NCBI RefSeq assembly: GCF_006345805.1
Contig: NC_043012.1
Coordinates: 34,410,001-34,474,000 of the forward strand
Length of the DNA: 64,000 bases
Source: Octopus sinensis
Taxonomy: Eukaryota
Reading direction: 5' to 3'
A program made the position numbers and the translations under genes. A model generated the notes under the pieces. That model was not told the origin of the DNA and did no database searches. It saw only the letters and a program-made list of their open reading frames with translations. Positions 1 through 11,925 of this stretch are shown piece by piece; the stretch's first letter is position 1, and each line of letters opens with the position of its first letter.

Positions 1-990
1 TCAAAGAAACACACATCACAATAAGAGTAATCAGACACAGTGTCGATCCATGACTAGTGTCTGTTGGTGCGGAAGAGTTGTGATAGCAGAGTTAACGAAA
101 AGTAATATGTAATCAAAGCGTGTGTAAAAATGAATTTGCAAGTGCTAATGACCCCGCGAAAGACACAGAATTATTTCTAAATGTGCCCAGACAAGAGAGT
201 ACGTGAAAATACGTGGAAAAACAGAATATCTTATAACAGACTTTGCAATTTCTTCAGTCAAAATTCATTGCTCGAGAAAGACGGAGATCAGTTAATTTTT
301 TTGAAAAAAAAAAAAAAATTCTTGATTCTGAGATTTCCATCTTACGGACTTTTCTTCGGGAGTGAGATTTCTTCAAACGAAGCCAGTTTCTTTTACAATG
401 AATGTTTGCTCTGGTAAATAAACCTGCATAGGAATGAATGAATTTGTTTTCAACATCTTCAGGAAGTTCATTTACTGTACTTGTATCGGTACTCGTTGTT
501 TTGCTCTACTCTGTAGCATTGTATACTTTCACCGGTTATTTAAAACGATCGATTCAATCTCTACTCCCAACAAATTCTCTCTCACAATCACCTTCACATT
601 CTGCTTCTGTAGCTTTTAAATCACTGAAAAGGTTATGAACCTTTTCATGAACTAAATCTAGGCTATCAGGCGTATTTTAGGCTGTTTGTGATCTTCTAAC
701 CAAATTACCAATAGCCTTCCCATGTTAAAATAATTAAACCGTTGAGTTTAGTGATAATTGTAGTTTTCGATCTGACAAATCCATTTACATGCTCCATTAT
801 TCTCATTTATCTTTTAAAAGTGTCCCGATCGTTAATTGAGTGTAACCTATCGTTTTCCCAATTATTCGTTGACGTTTAGCCTCTCCTCGATCGCTCCGTT
901 ATTTTCCACTTTAAATTTACTCGTGACTTTTACTTTTCTTTGATGCATCACTATCACTCGCATCGGATTTATGCTTTACTGGTATGGTCA
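1..990 (-). mobile_element. Decayed Tigger/pogo-like (CENP-B-type) DNA transposase remnant, running off the window start
   Basis: Frameshifted minus-strand translation gives IGKTIGYTQLTIGTLLKDK / RIMEHVNGFVRSKTTIITK / MGRLLVIWLEDHKQ / VHNLFSDLKA / LPEQTFIVKETGF / ILLFVNSAITTLP, collinear with Tigger HTH, CENP-B and DDE motifs (MEKLLxxWIED, QIFNVDETG, ILLxxDNAPGHP). Many stops; TIRs not identified. Confidence 0.75.
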
Positions 991-1289
991 CGAGGGTAAA
1001 TACAAGAAAAAATAAAAATGGAACCAAATAATATGTGTTACATGTACAATATAGTGTTTACGTGATTTGATTTTAAATGACAGCATTTTTCTTCTTCGAG
1101 TCAGCAAATTGCTGAAAACGCTCAATGTTTTGATGTGCGTCACAAAGCAGTTGGCTCGCTCACTGCTTCCAACTTTAAATGTAACTTCAATTTTTGATAT
1201 ATATTATTGTTAATAATATAATAGGCTTTGCGGACGTCGATTCGAAATCCTGCTTGCTGGTAAGTCGAGAGTTCTTAAACTGGGAATAG

Positions 1290-1335
<46 letters not shown>

Positions 1336-1380
1336 AATAAATCTCTGAACGCGGTATAGACAGTAACTGCACAACAATGT

Positions 1381-1518
1381 GAAGTATATTTGCCATCTAA
1401 ATATGGCTAACCACTAAGGGTGGATGTTACTGTAGCTTGTAGCCCTTCTCCGGGGGCTACAAGCTACAGTAACATCCACCATTAGTGGTTAGCCATATTT
1501 AGATGGCAAATATACTTC
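1381..1518. repeat. Near-perfect 138-bp inverted repeat (65-bp arms, 8-nt loop)
   Basis: 1381-1445 is the reverse complement of 1454-1518 with one mismatch. Confidence 0.95.
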
Positions 1519-1685
1519 TATATATATATATATTTGATTTGAAAACCCCACTGGAATGGGAGAAAGCGCTAATAATCCGAATGATATGATCTGAATGATA
1601 TGATATATATATGTAAAAAATGTAATATATAAATAAATATCTATAAATATGACCATCCGATCTTCTGATTACCTCATTTCTTCTA

Positions 1686-1741
<56 letters not shown>

Positions 1742-1781
1742 TAATAAATATTAGGGAATAAATCCAAACTTTTGTCTCTAA

Positions 1782-1820
<39 letters not shown>

Positions 1821-1823
<3 letters not shown>

Positions 1824-2154
1824 ATAAAAATGGTAAAACAACAAAAGAATGAAAGAGACCTCGATATTATGTAAATAAAGGAATTTATCTCTAAATGTAA
1901 TGTGTCAATTATTCGGGAGCCGTGATAAAACTCCGAGTTTTGGATGCCGAGGTGGAAATCCACGTCGCCATCTCTTCAGTTATCCGGCCATCGGAAAAAA
2001 TGGTATGAAAAAATTTTATGAAAAATGCTATGATTTTTCATAGCATTTTGTTGATGGCCGGATAACTGAAGTGATGGCGGCGTGGATTTCCACCTCGGCA
2101 TCCGAAACTCGGAGTTTTATCTTGGCTACCGAATAATTGTCACATATTACATTT

Positions 2155-2155
<1 letters not shown>
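1821..2155. mobile_element. Short non-autonomous PLE-type element with inverted-duplicated arms, each carrying an HHR-like motif
   Basis: Arms ~1892-2012 and ~2035-2155 are reverse complements with scattered mismatches. Each reads GCCG-GATAA-CTGAAG(A/T)-GATG...CATC-C-(G/A)AAAC-TCGGA-GTT-TTATC. Flanked by (TA)n on both sides. Confidence 0.65.
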
Positions 2156-2203
<48 letters not shown>

Positions 2204-2205
<2 letters not shown>

Positions 2206-2846
2206 GGTGAACAGACAGACCAACCGTTGGCTTGTTATATCCCCAAAATATGTACCGAGAGTGATAAAAATGAAGCATTCATTCAAAATCATGGTGTTTA
2301 GAGTGATCACTAGTGATGGCGACGTTATGCCTCTATTCCTCTTCCCACACAGCCTCAGACTCAACACGGAGGCCTACATTATGTGCCTGGGCGAGGTAAT
2401 GATGTTCTGGGTCAAGAGGGTAACTGCTGGATGACACTGTGTCAGGTACCAGAACTCCGCACCAAGTCACACAAACAGGAGAACCCAGTCATAGCTGTTA
2501 GACAATTTCTGCGACCAAATCTCCTCTAACATCTAGCCACCTAACTCCCCAGACTGCTACCTCCTTGATTATTATGTGTGGATCGCAAAGATAAACTGAA
2601 GGCAAGGATTATGGCAGCATTCACCACCTTAAACAAGGTGACCGTCCAGAAGAGCGGCAGGAGATTTCGAAGACGTCTGGAGGCCGTGATTGAAGTTAAT
2701 GGCGATTTTACTGAACAAATTTACTCTTTAGTATTTTGAGATGATTTTTATGTAATTTTGGTAAACATATCTATTAAAATGAGATGTCAGTATTATTTTC
2801 ATTGTTGCGTAATTTAGACGGCAATTTCTTCACTGTACTCTCTATA
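2204..2846 (+). mobile_element. 3' half of a decayed maT/DD37D-type Tc1-mariner transposon
   Basis: Translations MKHSFKIMVFRVITSDGDVMP, YQNSAPSHTNRRTQS, *PPNSPDCYLLDYYVW and RRFRRRLEAVIEVNGDF match the maT catalytic region (QQDSAPxH, WPPNSPDxNPLDYxVW). Confidence 0.8.
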
Positions 2847-3080
2847 CATACATGCACACATACATACATACATACATACATACATACATACATACATACA
2901 TACATACATACATACATACATACATACATACATACACACATACTTACACACATACATACATACATACATACATACACATACATACATACATATATATATA
3001 TATATATTATATATATATATATATATATTAATATATATATATATATATATTTATTTATATATTATTATTATTATTATTAA
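2844..3080. repeat. (TACA)n/(TA)n/(TTA)n compound microsatellite
   Basis: Directly visible. Confidence 0.95.
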
Positions 3081-3507
3081 TATAAGGAAATTAATGTCCA
3101 AACTCATCATAAAGATATACCCGTGTGAGAGAACTTGTATTAAAAATATATATAAAATAAATAAATATAAAAATATAAATATAATGTATAAGATAAATTT
3201 GATAGTTTAAAAGTTTTGAATTAACTATATATCGCTCGTATTAAATATATAAATACTTTAATAGTATTAATACTTTGATACAATAGAACACTCAATATAA
3301 ATTCAGTGTATAATATTTTCATTGAATATATACCTAAAGATTTATATATATATATATATATATATATAAGTAGTTGAATGAATTTTAGATTCTTCTCCAT
3401 CCAACCAATTTTGACGTCACTGCTTATAACGGAAACACTCATTATCAGTATGGACTCCGTGTGGGCAGTCATCTAAAAGTTTTTGTTCGTCATGATGCTG
3501 ACATAAG

Positions 3508-3606
3508 TTCCTTGTGTTTCCTGATGAGAAGGCGGCATAATTCACCCTTTATTCCTTCGGAATTAAGAATATACAGTCTTCGAAACATATGTCGAGAATA
3601 AAGGAA
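3508..3606 (+). ncRNA. Type I hammerhead ribozyme motif with a complete core; predicted cleavage after GUC at 3593
   Basis: CTGATGA 3521-3527; stem II GAAGGC/GTCTTC; GAAA 3582-3585; helix III AC-ATAT-GT; GTC 3591-3593; helix I of 4 bp, a 3x3 internal loop and 6 bp (TTCCTT/AAGGAA). Confidence 0.8.
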
Positions 3607-3641
3607 GTTTGTTAAATCGTCGTTCGACTCCATTCTTTCAT

Positions 3642-3940
<299 letters not shown>

Positions 3941-4258
3941 AGACGCATGGCTCAGTGGTTAGAGCGTCGGGATTACAATCATGAAGTAGTAAGTTCGATT
4001 CCCAGATTGGGCTGTATTGGGTTCTTGAGTAAGACACTTTAATTTCTGTTGCTCCAGTTCATTCAGTTGCGGAAACGAGTTGGTACCAAGCCGTATCGGT
4101 CTTTGCCTTTCTCTTGGATAACATCGGTGGTTGTGGAGAGGGGGGAATGGTATGCGAGGGCCACTGCTGGTTTGCCATTAACACGCTTGCCCGGACCTGT
4201 GCCTCGGAGGGTAACTTTCTAGGTGCAATGCTATGATCATTCATGACCGAAGGAGGTC
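3941..4258 (+). mobile_element. tRNA-derived SINE
   Basis: A-box-like TGGCTCAGTGGTTAG, B-box-like AGTTCGATTCC, CORE-like TTCTTGAGTAAGACACTT, followed by a (TTC)n tract. Its 3' part is homologous to 49526-49735 (-). Confidence 0.85.
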
Positions 4259-4411
4259 ATTTCTTCTTCTTCTTCTTCTTCTTCTTCTTCTTCTTCTTCT
4301 TCTTCTTCTTCTTCTTCTTCTTCTTCGTCTTCTTCATACATACATACATACATACATACATACACACATACATACATACATACATACACACATACACATA
4401 TATAAGAATCA

Positions 4412-4474
<63 letters not shown>

Positions 4475-4689
4475 AAAGAAACAAAGTTAGGCAAATCAAG
4501 TTCACAAAGGCATTCATTCAGTCCTAGACCCAACATGCATGAATTTCTCTAAAAGTATATTTAATTAATCAAACATATCAAAAATATATAGATATATAAT
4601 AATATATAGAGTCATCAATACAATAAAAATATAAATATAAAAATATATAAATATATAGATATAAATACAGTGAGAAAATAAATACATAT

Positions 4690-6127
4690 ATAGGTCGGCT
4701 TACAGTTTATAAAACGAAATCATAAAAAGAGTTGAGAGTCTAGAAGATAAAAAGTTTGTGTTAATAATCCAGTTAATAATCCTACGGCCGTTTCTTGGGG
4801 TCCGGTTGTCCAGTCATATAAATGATTTTTAGATCCATTATTGGACAACACCTCCTTCATCAAGGAAAAATAAAAATGCCTAAAATGGTTAATATTTACT
4901 GCGTTTTCATAATGGGAATTACCTACAGAGTGTTTTTATAGAGCTATATGCAAGAGAACAGTGAGTGGGAGTGTTTTTGAGTGGTTGGAGGAGGAGATAC
5001 AATGATTGATATATAAGGGTACTGATGGCTCTATACGTGAAGGGTAAGAGGAGGGGAGTATAGTTTTATTTTACAGAAAAAGTTTCAATGGGCATGGAAG
5101 CTAGTTCTCAACTCTATCCAGAATCATAATGCATAAATGTTGAGTAAAACCTATGTTTACAAGAGTAGATGGCATTGAAAATTAATGTAATATTGAGGAG
5201 TTGCGTAATGGGAGAATAATTAATGACTCTTTTAAGCATAGTTTGCATTTGCCTATCTTTGTATTGTAAGGGGGAGCTTCTTTTATTATGGACCAAGCCA
5301 GTGTATGTTGTATATTTAGGGATTTAAGATTATGTAACTGATGATGTCGAGAATTTGGATTTTGTCTTAGTGAAAGAATTTAAGTGAGCTCGATATCGAC
5401 GCTTAAAATCTGTGGTACTGCCTATATAGGTGTTTGCTTGGTGTTTACCTGGTATTTCTACACGACATTTATAAACCACATTTTTTTCGAAGACAAAGAC
5501 CCCAAGCGGGCATGCATTAGGTAAACGACAATTACAGGTTTTTCTTTTTGTTCTACTATTTATTTTGGTTGTGTTGTTCCTATTTTTTGGACTAATATGG
5601 GGTGCTATACAAGGGTCTAGGTGTGTATTAGTCTGAAGTTGGATTTTACATCTATTAATAGAGGATATTATAGATCCAAAGTTTGGTGTAGTGGAGTAAA
5701 ACAATTTAATGATGTTTTAAAAATAGAGTGGTATCTATGATGCTGCGGAAAGTTGATTTCAGAATTAAATCAAAATATTTTAGGTAAATATTTAACGCGA
5801 AGAGAAAAAAGCGATGCTTACTATAGGATATCTCGTTTTCTAGTCTGAGAATATGCTGTTACATTGGACTGGACACGAAGGGGAAATTTATAACTACTAT
5901 AAATACTGGTTGGCTTATAGTGTGATTTTATGGGTCTGTTTGGTTGATTTGAAATGGGGGCTTTGCTTATAAGGCTAGGAATGGTTTCGGGGAAGAGATT
6001 TGCTATTTTGGTTTTCAGTTCAGTATCACGGATATAGAATATTTTTCTCGAAATCCGCTTAATTGTTGAGCCTGATTAAAGTAAGGAGCCTGGATATTAA
6101 ATATTTTCTCATTAGCTGAAAATTAAA
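4690..6127 (-). mobile_element. 5'-truncated Penelope-like retroelement (end of RT, GIY-YIG endonuclease, 3' UTR)
   Basis: Translations NEKIFNIQAPYFNQA..SGFREK, RKRDIL, QHHRYHSIF, YSTTPNFGSIISS, CNCRLPNACPL, KNVVYKCRV..TYIGSTTDFKRRY, AWSIIKR, CKLCLKE, IYSCKHRF are typical of the PLE RT thumb and GIY-YIG region. Frameshifts and stops present. Confidence 0.88.
4778..4868 (-). ncRNA. Degenerate HHR motif in the 3' UTR of the PLE
   Basis: Minus strand: TCC-TTGATGA(4863-4857)-AGGAGGT-GTTGTCCA...TGGACAAC-CGG-ACCCC-AA-GAAAC-GGCC-GTA-GGA. C3 is U and the junction before GAAA is imperfect. Confidence 0.55.
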
Positions 6128-6164
6128 GTGGATTTGGTAGACGGAAACTGAAAGAAGCTTGTCG

Positions 6165-6261
<97 letters not shown>

Positions 6262-6491
6262 ATATGTTTGTGTGTCTGCATTTGACCCCCACCCCCAACA
6301 TCGCTTGACAACTGAAGTTGGTGTGTTTACGTCCCCGTAACTTAGCGGTTCGGCAAAAGAGACCGATAGAATAAGTACTAGGCTTACAAAGAATAAGTCC
6401 TGGGGTCGATTTGCTCGACTAAAGGCGGTGCTCCAGCATGGCCACAGTCAAATGACTGAAACAAGTAAAAGAGTAAAAAAGAGTAAATGAG
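6128..6491 (+). mobile_element. 5'-truncated CORE-type tRNA SINE with internal (TA)n/(TG)n (abundant family)
   Basis: Matches copies at 17173-17675 and 24958-25354; ends in a (GTAAAAGA)-like tail. Confidence 0.9.
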
Positions 6492-6610
6492 TGACATTGA
6501 CTATCAGTGCACCACGCAGACGAACCATACTTAAATACTCTATCGGCAAAGTATTAAGCCAGTTCACACGACGTTAATGTTCCCTTTTTATAGATCTCGA
6601 CAAATAAGTG

Positions 6611-6976
6611 CAGGCATTGCTGTGTGTTAAAATGTTTGCTTCCTAACTATATGATCCCGGGTTCAGTCCCGCTGTGTGGTACCTTGGGCAAGTGTATTGT
6701 TTCGGACCGACGAAAGCGTTATGAATGGATTTCGTAGAAGGAAACCGAAAGAAGCCCTTCTTATATATATGTACTTGTGTGTGCATGTCCGCTTGAAAAC
6801 CGATGTTGGCGTGCTGATATCCCCGTAACTTAGTTTTCGGCAAATGGGCCCGATCAAATAAATGCCAGGTTTTAATAAATATACCGGGGTCGATTCATTC
6901 GACTAAAAGTCTTCCTGGTGTCCCAGCTTGAACATGGTCTAATGACGGGAGCAAGTAAAAGATAAAAGAAAAGATA
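6611..6976 (+). mobile_element. Diverged full-length copy of the same CORE-type SINE
   Basis: GGTTCAGTCCC B-box-like, GTGGTACCTTGGGCAAGTGT core-like, GTAAAAGATAAAAG tail. Confidence 0.8.
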
Positions 6977-7209
6977 AATATAATTAGAGACTACTAGCCT
7001 TATGCAAGGTAAGTCTACATCCAGCAACCGAACATGGAATATACTAAATTGAGCGAAACCTTGCAACCTCTGCACCGCAGAAAGCATGAAAATCCTATTA
7101 CCACGGTTCTACTTTTGAATAAACATTTCTGAATGTTTCTAAGCTTTCATGTACAGAGGTTTTCGAACGAATATGCTGGTGTACTTTTCATTGTGTATTA
7201 GTAGTAATG

Positions 7210-7720
7210 ATTTCAAATTTTGGCACAAAGCTAGCAATTTCGGGGGAGTGGGATAGTGGACAAGTTGATTACATTGACCCTAGTGTTCAACTATCATTTA
7301 TTTTATCGACCCCGAAAGGATGAAAGGCAAAGTCGACCTCGGTGGAATTTGAACTCAGAACGTAAATTGTGTATTGCTAATAATTCTTTTTTCTACTCTA
7401 GGCACAAGACCCGAAATTTTGAGGAGGGAGCCAGTCTATAGATCCACCCCAGTATTGCAACTGGTACTTAATTTTCAACCCTGAAAGGATGAATGACAGG
7501 CAAAGTCGACCTCGGTGGAATTTGAACTCAGAACGTAAATGTGTATTGCTAATAACTTTCTCTACTCTCGGCACAAGACCCGAAAATTTTGAGGAGGGAG
7601 CCAGTCTATTAGATCAACACCAGTATGCAACTGGTACTTAATTTATCAACCCCGAAAGGATGACAGACAAAGTCGACCTCGGTGGAATTTGAACTCAGAA
7701 CGTAAATTGTGCGCTGCTAA
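7210..7720 (-). mobile_element. Tandem trimer of 5'-truncated SINE units (~170-bp period)
   Basis: Three successive CCCGAAAGGATG..AAAGTCGACCTCGGTGGAATTTGAACTCAGAACGTAA blocks, each followed by a shared ATTGTG..TGCTAATAA linker. Confidence 0.85.
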
Positions 7721-8809
7721 TAATGATTTACTGTTAAATTTATTATATTTTTATATTAATCTTACCAATCTTACATATTCTCATCTGACTGTGTCTCCTC
7801 ACGTATTTCTGTTTCTTTCCATGACTTTACCCGTTACCAAATATTACCTATTACTATATTCTTAAAATACTATTACCGTAACTATATACTCTACATAATT
7901 CATCATAATCCGCTTATTCACTACCTAATCCTTATCTACAAGGCTTCCATTATCGGCACGTATAGTTAAAATCGCACACACATACACACACGCATAAACA
8001 CACAAATACACACACAACCACACACGTATACACACGCTCTCTCTTTCTCTGCCTGTATGCCCCTCCATATTGCATCTTTATTGTTTAACACTCTGCGACA
8101 CATCTCTAAAACCTATATAAGCTTAAATGTGTATTACATTTTTATTTTGTTCACCTTACACGTATTGGGCAATAAAATATTATAATGGATTAAGAATTAT
8201 TGTTGATATTGCTATTAGCTTTATCCTATCAGCATATTTTACACACGCCTTTTACCTTCATTATTATTTAAAAGCCTTCTAGAATTTTTTTAACTTTTAA
8301 ATTTAAATCAAAATTAAAACTTTCGGTTATTCACTTTTTTTCTGTTTGACACAAAACGGAACAACTTTTTGCAAACCATGAATTATAAACTGTAAATGAT
8401 TAAATATTTTAAATTAGGGTCACAAACAACAATTCTCATAATCCTTTAAACCCCTTTATTAATGTAATACTAAGAACCAGAGATAATCATGCCTAATTTA
8501 TATTATAATAAAAGTTATTAAATCTTTCAATAATAATAATAATAATAACAATAACAACACAACAACAACAACAACAACAACACAACAACAACAACAACAA
8601 CAACAACATAATAATAATAATAATAATAATATAAAATAATAATAATAATGAAAACAACATTCCTTTTGTCTCCTCTTAGTTTTTAAAAGCTTTAATTTTT
8701 TAAAATTTCACCCTTTTCATATAATAGCATTCTCTATTTAATGATTTGATGCTCTTCATTTGATGATGATAATGGTAATGAAGATATGATGATGATGATG
8801 ATGACAACA

Positions 8810-9080
8810 ACTAACTGTCTGTTTTTAGTTTGTAGTCCCATTAATCCGAAGCTCACCTCGGTTGCTATGGTATTTAAGTGATTGTGATGGACTGCTGTCT
8901 CGGTCCATGAACGGCACAACAGTCCATTGCAGAGTTAACTTTCTTCGCCATCGCTGCTGCTTATTCTCAACCGATTGACTGAAGAAGCAACGTGAAATAA
9001 AGTGTCCTTCCGAACGAATGACTGGGTCCGGTAATCGAACCCAGGATCTGATGGTCGTGAAACCAATATTTAATCATTAC
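8810..9080 (-). mobile_element. Decayed tRNA-derived SINE
   Basis: Minus strand GGGTTCGATTACC B-box-like, AAGGACACTTTATTTCACGTTGC core-like, (ATC)n tail. Confidence 0.65.
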
Positions 9081-9501
9081 ACGTATTTCTTTACTATCCA
9101 CAAGGGGCTAAACACAGAGAAGGGACAAACAAGGACAGACAAACGGATTAAGTCGATTACGTCGACCCCAGTGCGTAACTGGTACTTAATTTATCGACCC
9201 CGAAAGGATGAAAGGCAAAGTCGACCTCGGTGGAATTTGAACCCAGAACGTAACGGCAGACGAAATACGTATTTCTTTATTAGCCACAAGGGGCTAAACA
9301 TAGAGGGGACAAACAAGGACAGACAAACGGATTAAGTCGATTACATCGACTCCAGTGCGTAACTGGTACTTAATTTATCGACCCCGAAAGGATGAAAGGC
9401 AAAGTCGACCTCGGCGGAATTTGAACCCAGAACGTAACGGCAGACGAAATACGGCTACGCATTTCGCCCGGCGTGCTAACGATTCTGCCAGCTCGCCGCC
9501 T
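9081..9501 (-). mobile_element. Head-to-tail SINE dimer (one full unit plus one 5'-truncated 186-bp unit)
   Basis: Units 9081-9266 and 9267-9501; the complete head AGGCGGCGAGCTGGCAGAA is present only at 9501. Confidence 0.92.
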
Positions 9502-10085
9502 TAAATTTAATCATTGCACGACGTACCTTCAACTTATTAATTTAAAACGTTTATTTGAAGCTATTTGCAATCGATGGTTCGATATTCTTTATCGAGTGAT
9601 GATCACGAAACTGAAAAGTACGAAATGTACAATTACTCTCTCATTTATTAATTAATTTATTTGCTTAATTGTTTCCTTGATTTTACTATTTCCACTTAAT
9701 TATTTGTTCTTCCTTTACTCTTGTTAAGAGGTACAATTCATTGACTTTGGCAGGTCTCTTTCTCTACAAATGCATGTCAAAGCAATACTGTTTCATCTTC
9801 CTCTCTTATTCTCCCAACCATTCTATTTCCATCCATAACACTGCCATTTTCACACACTTCCCAACCACACTGGTTTACTGAAAAACAACTACCTGACAGT
9901 CAAATGCTACTATTAACCATGACCTTATCTCTTCAAAACCTTTGTATCACGTACGCACACACAAACATTCACACACACACATTAACCTAAACTTCCCTAA
10001 CGCCAATACTTTCAGTTAACTCTAAGGTGAATAAAACATCAGCCATGTTAGAGCTATCATCGTAATAAAAAAATCGCTATCCCTT

Positions 10086-10086
<1 letters not shown>

Positions 10087-10177
<91 letters not shown>

Positions 10178-10237
10178 CCCACCTACCTACCTACCTACTT
10201 ACCTACCTACCTACCTACCTATCTATCTATCTTTTTT

Positions 10238-10322
<85 letters not shown>

Positions 10323-10329
10323 ATGTCTG

Positions 10330-10409
<80 letters not shown>

Positions 10410-10500
10410 CCCACCTACTACCTACCTACCTACCTACCTACCTACCTATCTATCTTTTTTTTCTATCTATCTATCTATCTATCTATCTTATCTATCTATC

Positions 10501-10545
<45 letters not shown>

Positions 10546-10551
10546 ATGTCG

Positions 10552-10605
<54 letters not shown>

Positions 10606-10611
10606 ATCTCT

Positions 10612-10643
<32 letters not shown>

Positions 10644-10826
10644 CTATCTCACTACCTACCTACCTACCTACCTATCTACCTACCTTTCTACCTACCTACC
10701 TATCTATCTATCTATCTATCTAGCTATCTATCTATCTATCTATTTATCTATCTATCTATGCATGCATGCATGTATGTATGTATGTATGTATGTATGTATG
10801 TATGTATGTATGTATGTATGTATGTG
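10087..10826. repeat. (CTAT)n/(CCTA)n/(GTAT)n compound microsatellite
   Basis: Directly visible; source of the YLSI/MYVC ORFs. Confidence 0.95.
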
Positions 10827-11489
10827 TACTCACAAAAATTGTGCAAGTTTAACAATAGAACGTTGGCTGGTCCATAAAACTAACTGCTATCCTTAGGAAT
10901 GCATAGCAATGTTTAAAGTGTGAAATTAAGACATGCACAACAGTTGAAGGTGAAGTCGGCAAATGTCAACTTAAGAAGATTATATAAAATGCTTGGAGCA
11001 ATTTTTGAAAGTGCATTACTTAAAACGGTGGCTTTAATACATAGCTAGATAAAGCATGCATATATATACCTATCTCCCTACCTATATATCTACCTATTTA
11101 ACTACATATATACATACATGCACACATTCTTAGTTGCGTATATACATATATTTCTGCTACTGAATAGTTTTGTATCATAAATATGATTCATAATAATAAT
11201 TATTAAGGCGATGGAATAGCAAAAATGATAGGGAGCACGAGTAAATAGCTTCGGTGTTTATGGGACGCACCTGTGTTTTCCCAGTTCAAAACCCAGCAAT
11301 AAGCTGGTATTGTTTTTCATTCTTCCTGAGTGCGTTAGATTAAGTACCAGTCAAATAACTGCCCCGGCTGAAAACATTACACTTAATGTGTTTCGATGTT
11401 TAGGGATGAGTAGGAAACCCGAAGAACCGACTTTTTGCCCCAAATCCAATAAAAAATATATCTTTAGACGCTACTGTTAGAAAATAATG

Positions 11490-11690
11490 ATAATAATCCT
11501 TTCCACTATAGGCACAAGGCCTGCAATTTTGTAGGGAAAAGAACTAGTCGATGTAATCAACGTGGGTACTCGACTGCTACTTATTTCGTCGACCCCGAAA
11601 GGTTGAAAAGCAAAATCGACTTTGGCGGTATTTGAAATCGGAAGATAAAGACGGACGAAATGTCGCCAAGCATTTTGTCCGATGTGCCAG
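11490..11690 (-). mobile_element. Diverged SINE of the 9081-type family
   Basis: GACCCCGAAAGGTTGAAAAGCAAAATCGAC domain, head AAGCATTTTGTCCG. Confidence 0.8.
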
Positions 11691-11712
11691 ACCAGTAACT
11701 TCGGGGGGGGGG

Positions 11713-11925
11713 GCGGTGTCAGAATCGTTATCATGCCGGACAAAATGCTTAGTGGCATTTCATCTGTCTTTATGTTGTGAGTTCAAATTCTGCCGAGGTC
11801 GACTTTGCCTTTCATCCTTTCGGGGTCGATGAAATAAGCACCAGCTGAGCATTAGCCTCGACGTAATCGACTCGAACGCCTCTCCAAAAATTTCGGTCCT
11901 TGTCCCTATAATAGAAAGGGATAAT
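11713..11925 (+). mobile_element. SINE of the same family, inverted relative to 11490-11690
   Basis: GAGTTCAAATTCTGCCGAGGTCGACTTTGCCTTTCATCCTTTCGGGGTCGAT. Confidence 0.85.
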
